Source: Heterodontus francisci
Lineage: Eukaryota
Assembly: GCF_036365525.1 (NCBI RefSeq)
Contig: NC_090372.1
Span: forward strand, 74,696,078 to 74,760,077
Direction of reading: 5' to 3'
DNA length: 64,000 nucleotides
Of this stretch, positions 35,520 through 48,924 are shown one piece after another; positions within the stretch are counted from its first letter, which is position 1; each line of letters begins with the position of its first letter. The notes below the pieces were generated by a model, which saw nothing but the letters and a program-made list of their open reading frames with translations, did no database searches and had not been told where the DNA came from. A program made the position numbers and the translations under genes.

Positions 35520-38481
35520 TAATTTCTGAAGTGCAAAATACTAATTTTTCTCGCGTTGTCGTTTTTCTGTTCCATAAAACCCTCCTACTTGCTGTCAAGT
35601 GTATAAAGTTAGCTGTTCATGTGATGTAAGCAGCCAATGGGGTGAGTGGTTGTGGGTCCCGGATAAGGAAATACACCAATGATGAATGCATGGAGTCCAG
35701 TCAAAAATTCCATATTATCACTCAAAATCTCGTTTCCCCTGAAATTATGTTGTCGCATAGAAAGAAAAAATTGGAACAATCAGGACAACACTAATTTTAA
35801 AATCATCTAAAATGGGTAATGATGTTATGATGTTTTATCGAATGCAAATATTTGCAAATGTGTGTTGCCGGCGAAAACATCACAAGATAGCATTAAATAG
35901 AGATCTGCTACTGTCTGAAATAGTTTACTCCTCTGAAAATGCTTCCCTGCAAAACATCATGTTTCAGTGCTTTCTCGGGGGAAAATTAAGACACTTGGGA
36001 ACATAATTACGAGAGTTCAACGCACTCGCTTGTCCTTTCTAGTGTGAAGATGCTGTCAAAGGCATTCTAAGATTCATCGCTTACAAGAAGAATTTCCATA
36101 AAATTGCGAAAATACTTGGTTTACTTTAATAAAACACAAACATTTTCAAGTCTTAGATAAGACCGAATATCTCTTTGCAGAAGTTAATACAAATTCAAAG
36201 TATATGCCGAGGTGTTAAATAACTAAGGCAACATGAGAGGATTTTGTCCATTTGCTGCATATATATTACACAAACGTTATGTAATCAATTCAGAGTCTTG
36301 GCGGAATAAGTTTGGTTTAAAATTTACCATCATTTAATTGTTCGATTGTAGTGTGGTTTGTCTAATGAAATGTTCTCCTGCTCGATTTTTAAAAAGATCT
36401 GCTTTAATTGATCTACATAAAATAAAATGATAGAAACGAACATTTTATTAGCCGAGATACCCAATAAAAGTAGATACTGATCTATTATCTATTTAAAAAA
36501 TGCACAAAACACAACTATTCAGTAAAACGATTAATTTGAATGGAAGTCTATTCTAAGGCATTTAACACACGTTTTGTATTGTATATTTGAATTTTCAACC
36601 AAAACTGCTCATTTCAACCACCCTGCATAGCTAAATGCTGAATGCATCAACTATATTTCAGGTGATTCTACCATATTCACACGATTGTTATGTCAATAAA
36701 TGCAACCGTTTCAGAAACACAAAACACGCCAGCAATAATTGATAACGCATTCTAATGTTTGCTTTCTTTTTCAGGAGGCAAAAATAACCTGGCGTTAAAA
36801 TTTGCAAGCTAATTAGCTTGTCATATTAGTTAACGTGATTAAAACTACATCATGTTTTGTGTTTGAATTAATATCTACCCCAACCGGCACGCAATGTGAA
36901 ATTGGCCAAATAGAAAAATGACAATTTAGGTGCACTGCACGTTATTTCTTCAAAGTAGTCATATGCAATATGCCTTCTTCCCTGAAATATAATCGATTCT
37001 CAACATGAGTTCTTGTCAATCAAGGACGGATCATAAAACCCTGTTTTAATGTTTGGACGATATAGTGCATCGGGACACACAAGCTAACATTTCATTAGAA
37101 TGAACCCTCTTCAACCATTACAACACATCGTTTGTAGGGTACATTTACCAACCTACCCTGTTTTGCTGCTCAGTATAATCGTCCATTAGAATGCTTTCAA
37201 CTAAATATCTAGCAGCAAAATCAATTGACTTTCGGTGTAATTAACAGATGTTTATTTCCACTACTCACTATGGAAGGGGGCAATGTTGGAAAGATCTGCA
37301 TGGAAATAGCCTTAATATTTTGTACGATTTTATTTTATTCACCAAGAACATCTTGTGTAAATGTTTATATTTAGATAATTCATAACATATAGTTTAAAAG
37401 GTTACAAACAGTCTTATAATGTAAACGGGTCCAAATGATTTTACTAAAAACTCTATTTTCGTAAAATAAAACTCCCATAAAATTCAACTTTCCAAAGATT
37501 TGTTGTTTTCTTTCCTTTGACAGGCATGGTGTGCATCGTTTTGCTCTGACCACGTAACTTGCCTGTAAATAACGCAGTCGAGTAATTAGCTGGGGCAATG
37601 TGTGTATTTGAGCGCTTTGTAGAAAAATAAAGGTTCTTTATTGCATAAACATAAGGCATTACTGGGGACGAGCAAATGCAGGTCATTCGCCTCTGCAGTT
37701 TTTTTTCATAATAAACAGAGATGGAGCCAGGACCCCCAAGTGATACCTCGCCTGCTTTTACATTTGACATTTTTACTGCAAGGGTAGATTTACAGCCATT
37801 TTAAAGCGAAGGGCAAAGATAGCGCTTTTTACGACATTTCCAAAACGTGTATGTTTTAAGAGCTGATATCAAATTTATACTTTAGAAAGTGTCGAGATTA
37901 TGAAATCGGTTTTACATAAAAGATTACCCAAGTTATGAAGCACTTAGGGAACATTTATTTCGCGGTTTGATAAATCAGAAATTAGACTTTACCAGTTTAC
38001 ATTCTCCTTCGAACAGCAAATCAGTAGTTTAGATGATAAAGAGTGTCATAATTTCTTCATTTACCGTCTGAATCCGTCAGCACTGCTTAGGATTTATCAG
38101 ATAGATTGTACCATGATGAAAATGTGATTGTTTTCCAATTCTATCTGGGACATATGGTTAAAACAGCCGGTGTCCGACTTACAAACAAAATAAAACAAAT
38201 AAAATGGCATATTTCGAAGATACATCTTCGAGCAGGCCTGCACCACATCCCACAGAGCTGCACAACTGTGCGTTTATTGGACTTCAACATGGGAAGCAAA
38301 ACAAAAGATTTTATTCAATGAAATGAGATTTCGTAAGGGATACGCTAACCTAAGTTTGGAAGTGACCGAAAAGTGACACCGTGTGCGTTTTGTTTCTTAT
38401 TAATCTTATACATTGACAGTCTTTGTTAAGTAACAAGGCGTGCCATTCGTGAGGCGACATTTTCATATTTGTTAGACGCGG

Positions 38482-38498
38482 TGACCTGAATTTCACCT
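38482..38498 (-). promoter_or_regulatory. DR5 RARE 5' of hoxa4
   Basis: AGGTGA-aattc-AGGTCA about 3 kb upstream of the hoxa4 ATG; same class as the Hoxa4/Hoxd4 5' RARE. Confidence 0.85.
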
Positions 38499-41400
38499 CG
38501 GCCTTGGACTTAGCCATTTCTAAAAGGCCTATAGTGCTCTTTCAAATACCAGGGTGTTTTGCCCAGGTCATTACCTTTGTGGAGGGGAGAAACTAGGCAA
38601 AATGCGTGGGTTCTATGCAGTCCTGAGTGATTCAATAGCCCACTCGGTAACCGTCTTTAAATGTTTGTAAATAAATGCTCACGTTTACTAGTAAAAATCA
38701 ATAGATTTGTAATGTTTTGTTTGACGATTCGCAGAAAGCAATTAAAGTGGAAACATACTGAATAATATTTAACGGCTTCTGTGATTAGACAATTTGTTTT
38801 TGGAATTTGAAATTAATTTAACTTGCAAAAAAGTTACACAAAGGGATGCCTTGTTTTACCAATACATCTGCATTTCATTTCAAATTCTACTAATTGGTGC
38901 CTTCAACCGTGTGCTCTAGGTTTCCAAACTTACACAGGCTGCGGATTTTTGAAAATCGAATTATAAAATAATTTTATTTTAAAGCAAATATATTTTAATA
39001 TTCAATTTTCAGTTTTAAAACCGTGACAGCATCTATATTTGTTTAATTTCATCAGTCTAGCGACATTAATCAATAGTGTTACCGCTTAGGAATACGTTTT
39101 AATGTCTTACAAACTATTCTGGTAACAAGTGTCAAATTAGCAAAACGAAATTATTCGTTTGAAACAGGATACCCATTTTTCTTAAGAAAAAAGAAAAGTC
39201 AGATTATGTATAATGAACTCATTTTCCTCTTTCTTCTTATCTTCGGTTCTATATAAAATGCAGTACACCTCTTTCATCTAAACCCACGACCTTTCTACCC
39301 GTCCGTCTATTTCTCTGTCAGTCTCTCTCTCTGTCAGGCTCCCTATCTGTCCATGCATACATAGATGCTAAAGTCTGTATATTAAAGCAATATTGTACAT
39401 TTCAAGTGGAAAGCGATATTTTGGAAAATGTTACATGGGCTCCGAATAAAGATGGCTTCTTCACCTATTGAATAATGCATTAATGCAGCATAAGATATTA
39501 AAGGATTGGTCTTTTGTTAACTTTTAGTATATGATGTATATTTTGAAGAGCTGGTAATAAACATTATTTTCGTTTGTCTCTGCAAGTTATGTTTTTTTAT
39601 TTATTGATCCATTACCGGTGTGCTAATTATTATGTTTTTGAAGGCACATATTCTCCAGTTCGACAGAGCAGAAGAACAATAGCATTGCCCTACGAAATAG
39701 ATATGAGATTTTGTATCTTGTAACTCGCAATTTGCCTAATATAGCGAATAAAGTGATATAACATTCAAACTAGGTGAGCTCATATGGTTTTACACTTTCT
39801 TGTAGCATCTTTTAGTAAAGTGCATTTGCCTTCTATCTTGATTGCAATTAAATGGAAAAGGTGCAGCAAAATTATTGCATTTGCTATCAACTGTTACATC
39901 CTGGTTGCAATAATCTGTGAGGGGTTCAGTGCCACAAATAAGATTTGCCCTTGTTCTGCACGCTAAAATCTCATAAACCTTGTCGCATGGGTTTCAGTCG
40001 TTTTCTTTAAACATCAGGAGGCACAGTTAATATTCAATTGTAACACTTTATTTACATTAGGAGTAAAGTTATCGTGGGTGTTATGCTGACGGATTTTTAT
40101 ACCATTGTTGAAATGTATTTTGGCAGTGAGAAAATAAGAGGGAAAGGCGCAGTCGGATAATTATTAATATGAATAAGTGTTTGGGGACCTTAATAAATGT
40201 TATTTCTGCATTTTAAATAAGGAACTTTCTTTTCAAATGCTAGACACTATCGCTGTGAATCTGAGACTATTCTTGAACCATTTAAACGGAACTGAAAGAA
40301 ATACAAAATCGGCTCTATATATTCCAAATTAGATGATTTAAACTGGATCTCAATTCAAACATATATACTTTTGAAATGTTCATTAATTCTAAATTAGCAC
40401 CGGAGATTCTACATGTTTAAAACAAATTCAGAATGTGGGGAAATGTCTGTGAATGCAAGTCTAAATGATGCGGAGTCACATTGCTGTTTGGTGTAATTCC
40501 GCAGACGGGCTGCTGCTACATTCTAATCTCTAAAAAGCGACATTCGACACAAATAAGGCGTTCGCCTTAAGTAAAACAATTCGATTTCTTTTTGTGAGAA
40601 AAGTCCCTTAATTTTCTGTACAGTTTCTGAAAGTTTACCTGCTGCCTATACGCAGCAGATAGAAAAATTACCGTGGCCGATTTTTCAAGATGAAATACAA
40701 CGTGTCTCGATCATGAAAAGAATATTTTTTTTCTTTCCTTTCGTCAGTAATTGAGGTCGTTCAGTCGCTCGGGTTCACCTGGAGTCCATAGTATGATACA
40801 CGAGTAACTCAAAGCTATTTTATCTTTTGTGCTGATAGTCAAGATCGCGCTATAACATTGACATCAAACTCTGTCTGAGCAGATGATTACAAGTCGTGCA
40901 AAACGTAAACTTTTGACCCTCAACTTTTTGACCTACAGTTGTACCGCCCTACCAACCACCGTACAGGGAGCCTTTTTTCAAAGCATTACTGAGGACTGAA
41001 ATAATATCCCCTTTCGTTCACTATTTTCATGATGTACTGCTAATTTCAGGTCTGGGAATGCTGAAGTCACCGTCCCCATCCCCCTTCTCGTCCACCCCCA
41101 CCCCGTTACCGTCCCCCCACCCTCCCCTGAGTGAAACTTGTCTTTAATCTCAAAAATGGCATGAACCTCAACTGTCTGCAAGCTGTTTATTCAAGTGCTC
41201 TTTTATTTAGTTGGATATGCATTAGTGGGTAAGTTTTTACTGCAACTGCCAGCCGATGCAATTATAAATAGTATAGCAAACCAAAAAAACGCATTAAGCT
41301 TATGAGTCCATTTTAATATTTCCGTCCTTTTCTGTTGCACTGATAGAACAATGGATGCGTGAGCTCCCAGTCCATGCTAATACAATATGACTGTGAACTT

Positions 41401-44400
41401 GGTCTAAAGCGAGCTCTGCTGGTGAGTCGCAGAGTGTGCAGATGCATTTTCTTGTAATCTCTTTCCAGAACACATTCCCTCTTAGGTTTAAGCACGAAAA
41501 GCCTGAGAATAACAAAATAACCCACCATACAAGTTGTATATTTTGGCACAAATGGGAAGGGTGGTGCCTATTTTGTTTTATTATTGTGCCAAAGACAGAA
41601 TATTTAATGCCACTCCTCTTAGAAAAAATGTACAATATTAATTAGCAGCTATCGCAACTTCAATTATTAGATGAAGCAATAACAAAAAAATGAAGACGGA
41701 GAAAATATTTGTTTTTAAATTTGCTTTTATGTATTGCTTCTACGTGCAGTTTCTTTAAAAGGTTAGTTCCAACGTGTCCATTCCTTCCTCAAGAGAACTA
41801 TGATGTTGACTATTGCAAATACATAAATACGCAATTCATATTGTTATGATTACTGTTATGTAATAATATGTTATTCAGAGAAGTACTGTGCTGCTGGTAA
41901 TTCCTTTTGTTTTGTTTTTAGGAAACGATCTGTCTCTGATAACAAAATAAACAGAAATAGATTTATTTAGTGGGTTCATGTGTTTTTTCTCCCCAGTCCA
42001 ACTATAATTTGATAGAATGATAGCAACACAATTCTTCTGTGCATTGCAGTATCTTGCATTCAAGTAAATACAGCAGTTCTTAATGAATACATTCCCAGAA
42101 GACTTAAGGAGTCCTCTATTTGTGCAAGGTCATGATGCAGTTAAAACTTCAGTGTTGAGAAATTCATAGCAGACAATCTAGTAATAATTTTGTAATGTTT
42201 GCCTGCTGAAGATCAATTCATTTCGTAAATGGTGAGGACCAAAGGATATTATGTAAAACAAATGTAAGAAATAAATGTAAATATGACAGAATCCTTGAAA
42301 CCCATACAAGTATATTACTTTCTGTTATATTACTTGCTGTTAAAAGCCTTCAGAGCAATGTTTAGAATGCAGAGAATTCCATAAGAAGCTCCATGATAGC
42401 TGACTAGATCGCTAAAAGTCAGATACAGTAAATATAATTGAAGCACAAAACCAGTGTGTAAAATATATATCCAGCTTGATTATTAGGTAATATGAAAATG
42501 ATATATTAGATTGTCATATGCATAACGATATTGCTACACATGCATTTCTATTTCCCTTGTAGTGATTGAACTGTAACATGTGTTCATATACAAATGAAGC
42601 AGCATTAGTGCGTCCTCCTTTTAGTTATTTTACCGCACTAATGAACGACAAATCAATTATCTGTTATTTTGCTCAGAAATAGAAAACCGCAATGCTGCGG
42701 GACCCCCTAAATTCGCTGAAAGGGGGCCCAAGAAGATTCATCACATTTTCATGTAGTATGCAGCTGCTCAGGTTTACAACTAGGAAATTGTCTTAAACTA
42801 ACATTACTGCTGTGGGTTTGTTGAAGAAGCTCCTTTGCAAAGCTCAGTGAAAATTCTATTGTGTCAAAAAGACAAACCAGCATTGGTTGCAATTGAAAAA
42901 ATGTGTTGCCCTTTCTATGCCCTTAACACAGACAAAACGTAAGCACGTCGCATTCCAGATTTTATGGCGACCACATCTTTATTTCACTACTCACAATTTT
43001 TTATTTGGTTTATACTTGTATTTTTCCAAGATACACTTCAGAGAATTGTTGGCAAACCGGTACAGTAGCTGTTTTTTAAAATTTTAAACACTGATTAATG
43101 AGGTGGCATGTTAAAGGGTAGGTACAGATATGATATGTGATTGCTCTAGATTAAGTACCTCAACCAAAACTTTGCCAGTAGCTTAATTTAAGAAAGAGAA
43201 AAGACCTTGCATATACATTTAGACTGGCCAATCAGATTTATAATTGGTAGGAGAGATTTTTGAGGGGAAACTGAATCACTGCAATTTTATATTAAACCCT
43301 CTGTTATGACAGAAATTGAAGAATATATTGATAATTTATGCTTGACCTATGGAACGGACAAGCTTTACACAACAGATCATGTCTTTCTTTCGTGAAGAGG
43401 CTTCTTGAGGAAGCATTTGCAAAATGCACCCCATAAAAAACCTTTCGTCAAAAATTGCATCAGTTTATCCACGTTAGGTGGCAGTCCCAACCATAGAAAA
43501 ATATCTTCTGAAAGATAATTCTGCACAGTTCTCTTCAAAAGAATTGAACTCCCACCCCCACCTCCCACCCACACACGCACAGCTTACTTACTAAATGTTT
43601 ACTAAATGCAGAAACAAGACAATTTCTACGTTTGGGGAATGCATAGCTGCTTCCTTGATGAAAGAGAAGTCAGGGATTCAGTACTTCTAGAAAAGAAATC
43701 ATACTTTATCTTTTCATCGGTTCCCACAGAATAGCTACACTGTGTATACGTATACGATTACGCAGTTTAGATAAACATTTACACGTTTAATCCTTTGAAT
43801 ATACATTGTGTCTCTCGCTAGCACCACGTTCACCCACCTCCACCCCCACCCGCACCCACCCCCATCCCCACTTTGGAGTTATAAACTGAAAAGTTTTAGA
43901 GACTTCAATGAGAAAATAAATACATTAAAAGTACAAACCTTTGTGCAAGTTGAAACGAAATAATGTATTATCAATAATGTTTAGGAAAACAATTACAAGT
44001 AAATCAATTGCAAATCTTTTAACTGAAATATAATGTTAGCCTGAATGCCACTCTAGCACTGAGTGAAACTAAAGATTATTTTGTCTTGTTATAAAAGGTA
44101 TTTAAGTGATTTGGACAGATGATATATTAAACTGTCATATTTAAATGTAAACTGATACAAAGGAAATCACAGCAGATTGACGCGATTGACATGGCCGATC
44201 CGGAACTGCTGTCCTGATATTGGGGCTGATTTCCTTTATTTACTGTTGGGTCTTTATAGCACATCGTAAAATGGGCCTAATTGCAGTGGAATGTTTTGAG
44301 TGGAAGTTCTGCAGGGTAATTGCTTTCTACCCTATTATCCCTTCTAAACATGTTATCTCCACTGTCTATGTCATAGGTTGGATTTGTCCATATAGAGAAA

Positions 44401-45654
44401 AATTGAATACGCAAATAAACTAAGGAGCATCTTCCACATTTATTAAAATTTGCATTTGTTGTTTCGAAACACTATATTTTCAAGCCGTAAATTATACATG
44501 CACGTCTCCATATACACACTAGACTAGCGGAAGCTTCAAAGAATGAAAAGCCGGCCATAAAGTTTATGGTTCGTCAGTCCCAACTGTGGGAAACCTGCAA
44601 TTCACCAAAAGCAACGTTGGTGTTACAACAGTCAGATTTAAAGTTGTAGTAACTCTTCCGCTGGCTGTATTTCAAAGGATTTTTTAAACTTTCAAGAGTG
44701 TTTCTATCGCACATATACCTCATTCCAAGCTTTTTGAATTCGGATTTTTATGTTCTTCTGCGTTAACATATTCATTTATAACACGTGTACTTTTATTCCT
44801 CAAGAGAATGCTGATTGTCGCCATAAAAGTTTTAATTTAAAATAAGGAGGGGATTGTTTGGATGCGTGAAAGAATGCATGTAATACATTGTATGGTACCT
44901 TAATCAGCTCGTGTGTGACGACAGAAGTTATGTTGTAACACTGAGCGCCAAGAGCAAGTTGCTAACGGTACACAATAAGCATTAAAGTTGCCCTGCAACT
45001 TCCCAAAATACATGCTAATTAAGACATCTGAAAATATATACTTTATAAGTGAACCAACTGGAGACAAGAAGCATAACTCACACCTCAAGCAAAACACAAA
45101 TAAACAAATAAAATTAAACAATAGAGCTTGCAGGAAAAGAAACGTGAAAAGGAATAAGAATGATCAGCCCCACATAATAAGATAGTGGGCAATGAAAATT
45201 CATTGAATATCTTCGAAAAACGTGCAACACATAAAATGTTTAACATTGGAACCCACTCGTCTCTCTAAAAGTTATTTCTTTTCTAATCTTGCCCATTCAA
45301 ATTTTACCTGACGTATAAAATAGAATCTCGATACCAACACAGAAAGGAACCAGTCAGTAATTTACTCAGACATATTTCTGCCTCAGTGCACTCTGGGTGC
45401 TGTTTAAGGCCCATTTTACTGGGCCAAATTTCCTCGTGAAAAGTAATTAATATTTCAACAAAATTTACCTTGGCTTGCAAGAAAACGCAACTTTCCAGTA
45501 CACTGGAGTTGTGGAGCTGTGGATAATCCTCTGTAGATGAAAATTAGCCATTTGAGTGCCCTGTCTGCACACGCAATCTGCAAAGGAACCAAATGAAGTC
45601 CAGCGTCAGTGAGATTATATGTTATGTAGAATATACTGTTGGTTGTCAACTCCC

Positions 45655-45830
45655 CAAAACCATAAAACTTACTTTAATGACACCACGTGATTTTTTATAG
45701 CCAGTGAGGCTATCAGTCTGTGCTATGGATGATTTTACGATCTAATTCATAGACAAAACCCTATTCATTTGGCACCCAAATGTCATAAAGCCGGAACTGA
45801 GGTGTATAAAAGTTTATTGATTATAACTTT
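45655..45830. promoter_or_regulatory. Conserved Cdx/Hox-site cluster 3' of hoxa5 (mesodermal enhancer/promoter-like)
   Basis: CCATAAAA, CACGTG (45684-45689), TTTTATAG, TGATTTTACGA, GTCATAAA, TATAAAAG (45805-45812), TTTATTG. Confidence 0.6.
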
Positions 45831-46591
45831 AAAGGACAAGCACTCACTAAGCAGAAGGGTTAAAAGTGCTGATCCCCCTTGCTGTCAGGAACTAAGAGGC
45901 GAACTTTCTGTGCTGCCTTCACGCGGTAAGTAAAGTTAACTCTATAAAGTGAAAAATACCTGTTGAGAAACATTTGCGCTACACTTTGGTCGAACGTGAC
46001 TAACGCCTACCTGCGGAACAAAGTGGTTGAAGTGCTTCAGGGTTCACTTTTTCCTCAGACCAAGACTATAGAGTTTTCGAGAAACCATGTTTATAAAGGG
46101 AGTTAGTGCAAGTGCAAGAAAAGCAGCAGCAACAAAGAAATTGGATTTTAGCAGGAAATGCGAAGTTTAGCAAACTGTGTCGAAGTGCGCAAAAGACAGG
46201 GCGCATGGAATAGCACTACAAGAGGCGAACACATTTACTTCGAATTGCGTAAATATGCCAAATTACAATAGAGAACCACGTTTAAATACTGTATGTACTA
46301 ATTCTTATTGAATTCCAACATTTGCAATAACCAAAATTTAGAAATTCTGTTTGTTGAACGTGCGACTTTATAAGTTTGCGCAACTTGATTGCCTGTCGTA
46401 AACGCAAGATTTCCATCTGGAGGAGTGATGCAAAGTCTTACAGATTAGGACAAACTTATTGCTTTTCGTGAGAGTTTTGGACTGAATCTATAATAAACGG
46501 AAGTATTCGAAACAATTGAATTCACAAGACAACAGACGCAACAGAAATTCTTATCTGTGAGGCTAAAGTCCAGGAAAGTTACTATAGAAAC

Positions 46592-46597
46592 TTTATT
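46592..46597 (-). terminator. Likely hoxa5 polyadenylation signal
   Basis: AATAAA about 700 nt after the stop codon. Confidence 0.55.
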
Positions 46598-46827
46598 TTA
46601 ACTTCCAGTCAGTTTTAAAAACAAATACAAAAGCTCATCACGAATTTCTTAAACTGCCAGTCTTTTAGGCTTTATATTTATCCTTTGTCACAAAAAACAT
46701 ACATTGACGCTGCGCTAAGAGCCACTTATTGGAGTTCGTGCAAAGTCATACAAAGGCACAGCATAGACATACAGTTCAAAGTCATAAATATCCTTCACAA
46801 AATTCACTGCTCACTAATAACACAGAA

Positions 46828-46834
46828 TAGGTAG
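46828..46834 (-). promoter_or_regulatory. miR-196 7mer-A1 site in the hoxa5 3'UTR
   Basis: CTACCTA on the mRNA, between the stop (47292) and AATAAA (46592-46597). Confidence 0.55.
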
Positions 46835-47291
46835 CATTTCAGTGATTTTAACACTACGATATCAATTACAGAAGACAATGGCCTGAAATTAAATACGTAT
46901 TGCAAGCTTGGAGCTATTTTGACATTTAGCAACACTAACACGTACATATACTTGTTTGCAGAGTGCAACACATAATTACATTTTTACTGGACGATTTTAT
47001 ACAGTTACTTCAAGTAACACCGCTTGTATTAATATAAATAAGTTAAACAGCTATAATTCACAAGGCTATCCTACTCCTACAACATTGTTGTTACTCCTAG
47101 ACAACATACTGTAAGCAGATTACTTGAACAGGCAACAGTACGACCAGAAACAGACTAACGATTCAAAGATTGGAATACGGCAACATGGAAATGATTTTCT
47201 TCATAGAAGTAACACAGGAAAAGAGTTTTGGAAGTCAGTACTGTATTGACATTATGCTAATTGGTCAGCTACTGCCCAGTACTTCTATTGA

Positions 47292-47720
<429 letters not shown>

Positions 47721-48015
47721 TTAACTAGAACTAAATGTTGAAGTATGCATTTGGGCAAAGCTGACCCATAATAAACCACACCTTTTTCAATCTATCAATT
47801 CTTATTTACTCTTGCATTTCTGATAGGAAACTAGACACCTTATTAATACATACCCCACCACCCAAATGGTTCCAAATATAATAACAACTTTTAAAAATGA
47901 TGACGCTTACAGAGATATTAAGGAGCATTAGAGTGTATATTTAGCGTTTTGATTTGCAACATCCAGAGTAATTTAGGGCTCCATTAATGCAAAGATAAGA
48001 GAGGAGGGATTTTAC

Positions 48016-48592
48016 CGTGACTTATGTGCAGTTTTCGCATCCAGGGGTAAATCTGAGGCTGCTGTTGTGCTGTGCTTTGCCCGTTCTGTGAACTTGGAGG
48101 GTCGCTGCTTGCCGGGGTGTCATCCTCAGTACCAGGCGACGTGCCAACCCCATCTCTACTGATGTGACTGCTGCTGCTGCTGGAATTTGAGGAGGTAGTT
48201 GGGCTTGCTATGGAGTTTTTGATTCCGTGGTGGTTGTCGCCAGCAGACGGACTGACCACGGCGGAGCAGGGCAGAGGGTCAGGTGAAGGAGAGGATGTGG
48301 CAGGTTGGTTGTACCTGGTGTCTGCTCCTGCTTCTGGTCCTGCTGCTGCTGCTGTTGTTGCTGCTGCTGCAGAGTAGCTTCGAGATCTTTCACTGGCATT
48401 AAAGTGGTTAGATGCTGGACGACTAATGCTGAGATCCATCCCATTGTAGCCGTAGCCGTACCTGCTGGAATGCATCGTTGCAGAATCCCTGTATTGCTCG
48501 CTCACCGAGCTATGATCTCCATAATTATGTAACTGGTAGTCCGGGCCATTTGGGTAGCGACCGCAGAATGAGTTTACAAAGTAAGAGCTCAT
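48016..48592 (-). CDS. hoxa5: Hox-A5 coding exon 1
   Basis: [29 protein letters not shown] start, [13 protein letters not shown]; donor ACG|GTAAAA. Confidence 0.97.
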
Positions 48593-48639
48593 TTGATTTT
48601 TTTATTTATTTATTTTTACTTGATTTGTGGCTCTTGGTC

Positions 48640-48820
48640 GCTTGTGCGTCTAGCACCCTGCACAATTTATGATGAATTATGGAAATGACTGGGACATGTA
48701 CTTCGTTCCCTCCTACGTAGGCGCCCAAATATGGGGTACGACTTGGAATCACGTGCTTTTGTTGTCCAGTCGTAAATTCTCGCTGATGACCTCTAGAGGT
48801 AAATCCGTGCACTGTGATAC
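48640..48820 (-). promoter_or_regulatory. hoxa5 promoter conserved block
   Basis: CACGTG (48750-48755), TCGTAAA, palindrome ACCTCTAGAGGT; closely resembles the ultraconserved mammalian HOXA5 promoter (recall). Confidence 0.7.
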
Positions 48821-48910
48821 AAATTGGAAAGTTGCGTGGAAGGAAGAACGTGGGGCACGCGCACGGGGGCGCGCCGACGGCTCCCTGTAGTAGCTTTGGG
48901 TTGTCCTTGC

Positions 48911-48924
48911 GCGCCACCCTCTGG
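48911..48924 (-). promoter_or_regulatory. CTCF-like site between hoxa5 and hoxa6
   Basis: CCAGAGGGTGGCGC, 12/14 match to the CCASYAGRKGGCRS core, in a CpG-rich patch at the position of the known a5|a6 boundary. Confidence 0.6.

Noticed and set aside
37154-37161. TACCCTGT on + (miR-10 8mer on the minus strand)
   Set aside because: Intergenic or intronic, not in a predicted UTR; wrong strand for a mir-10 gene
40908-40934. Two nuclear-receptor half-sites in a short tandem AACTTTT(T)GACC
   Set aside because: 9-nt spacing is non-canonical; no supporting context
41071-41128. C-rich tracts with G-quadruplex potential (also 43831-43870 and 62071-62103)
   Set aside because: Low-complexity sequence with no evidence of function
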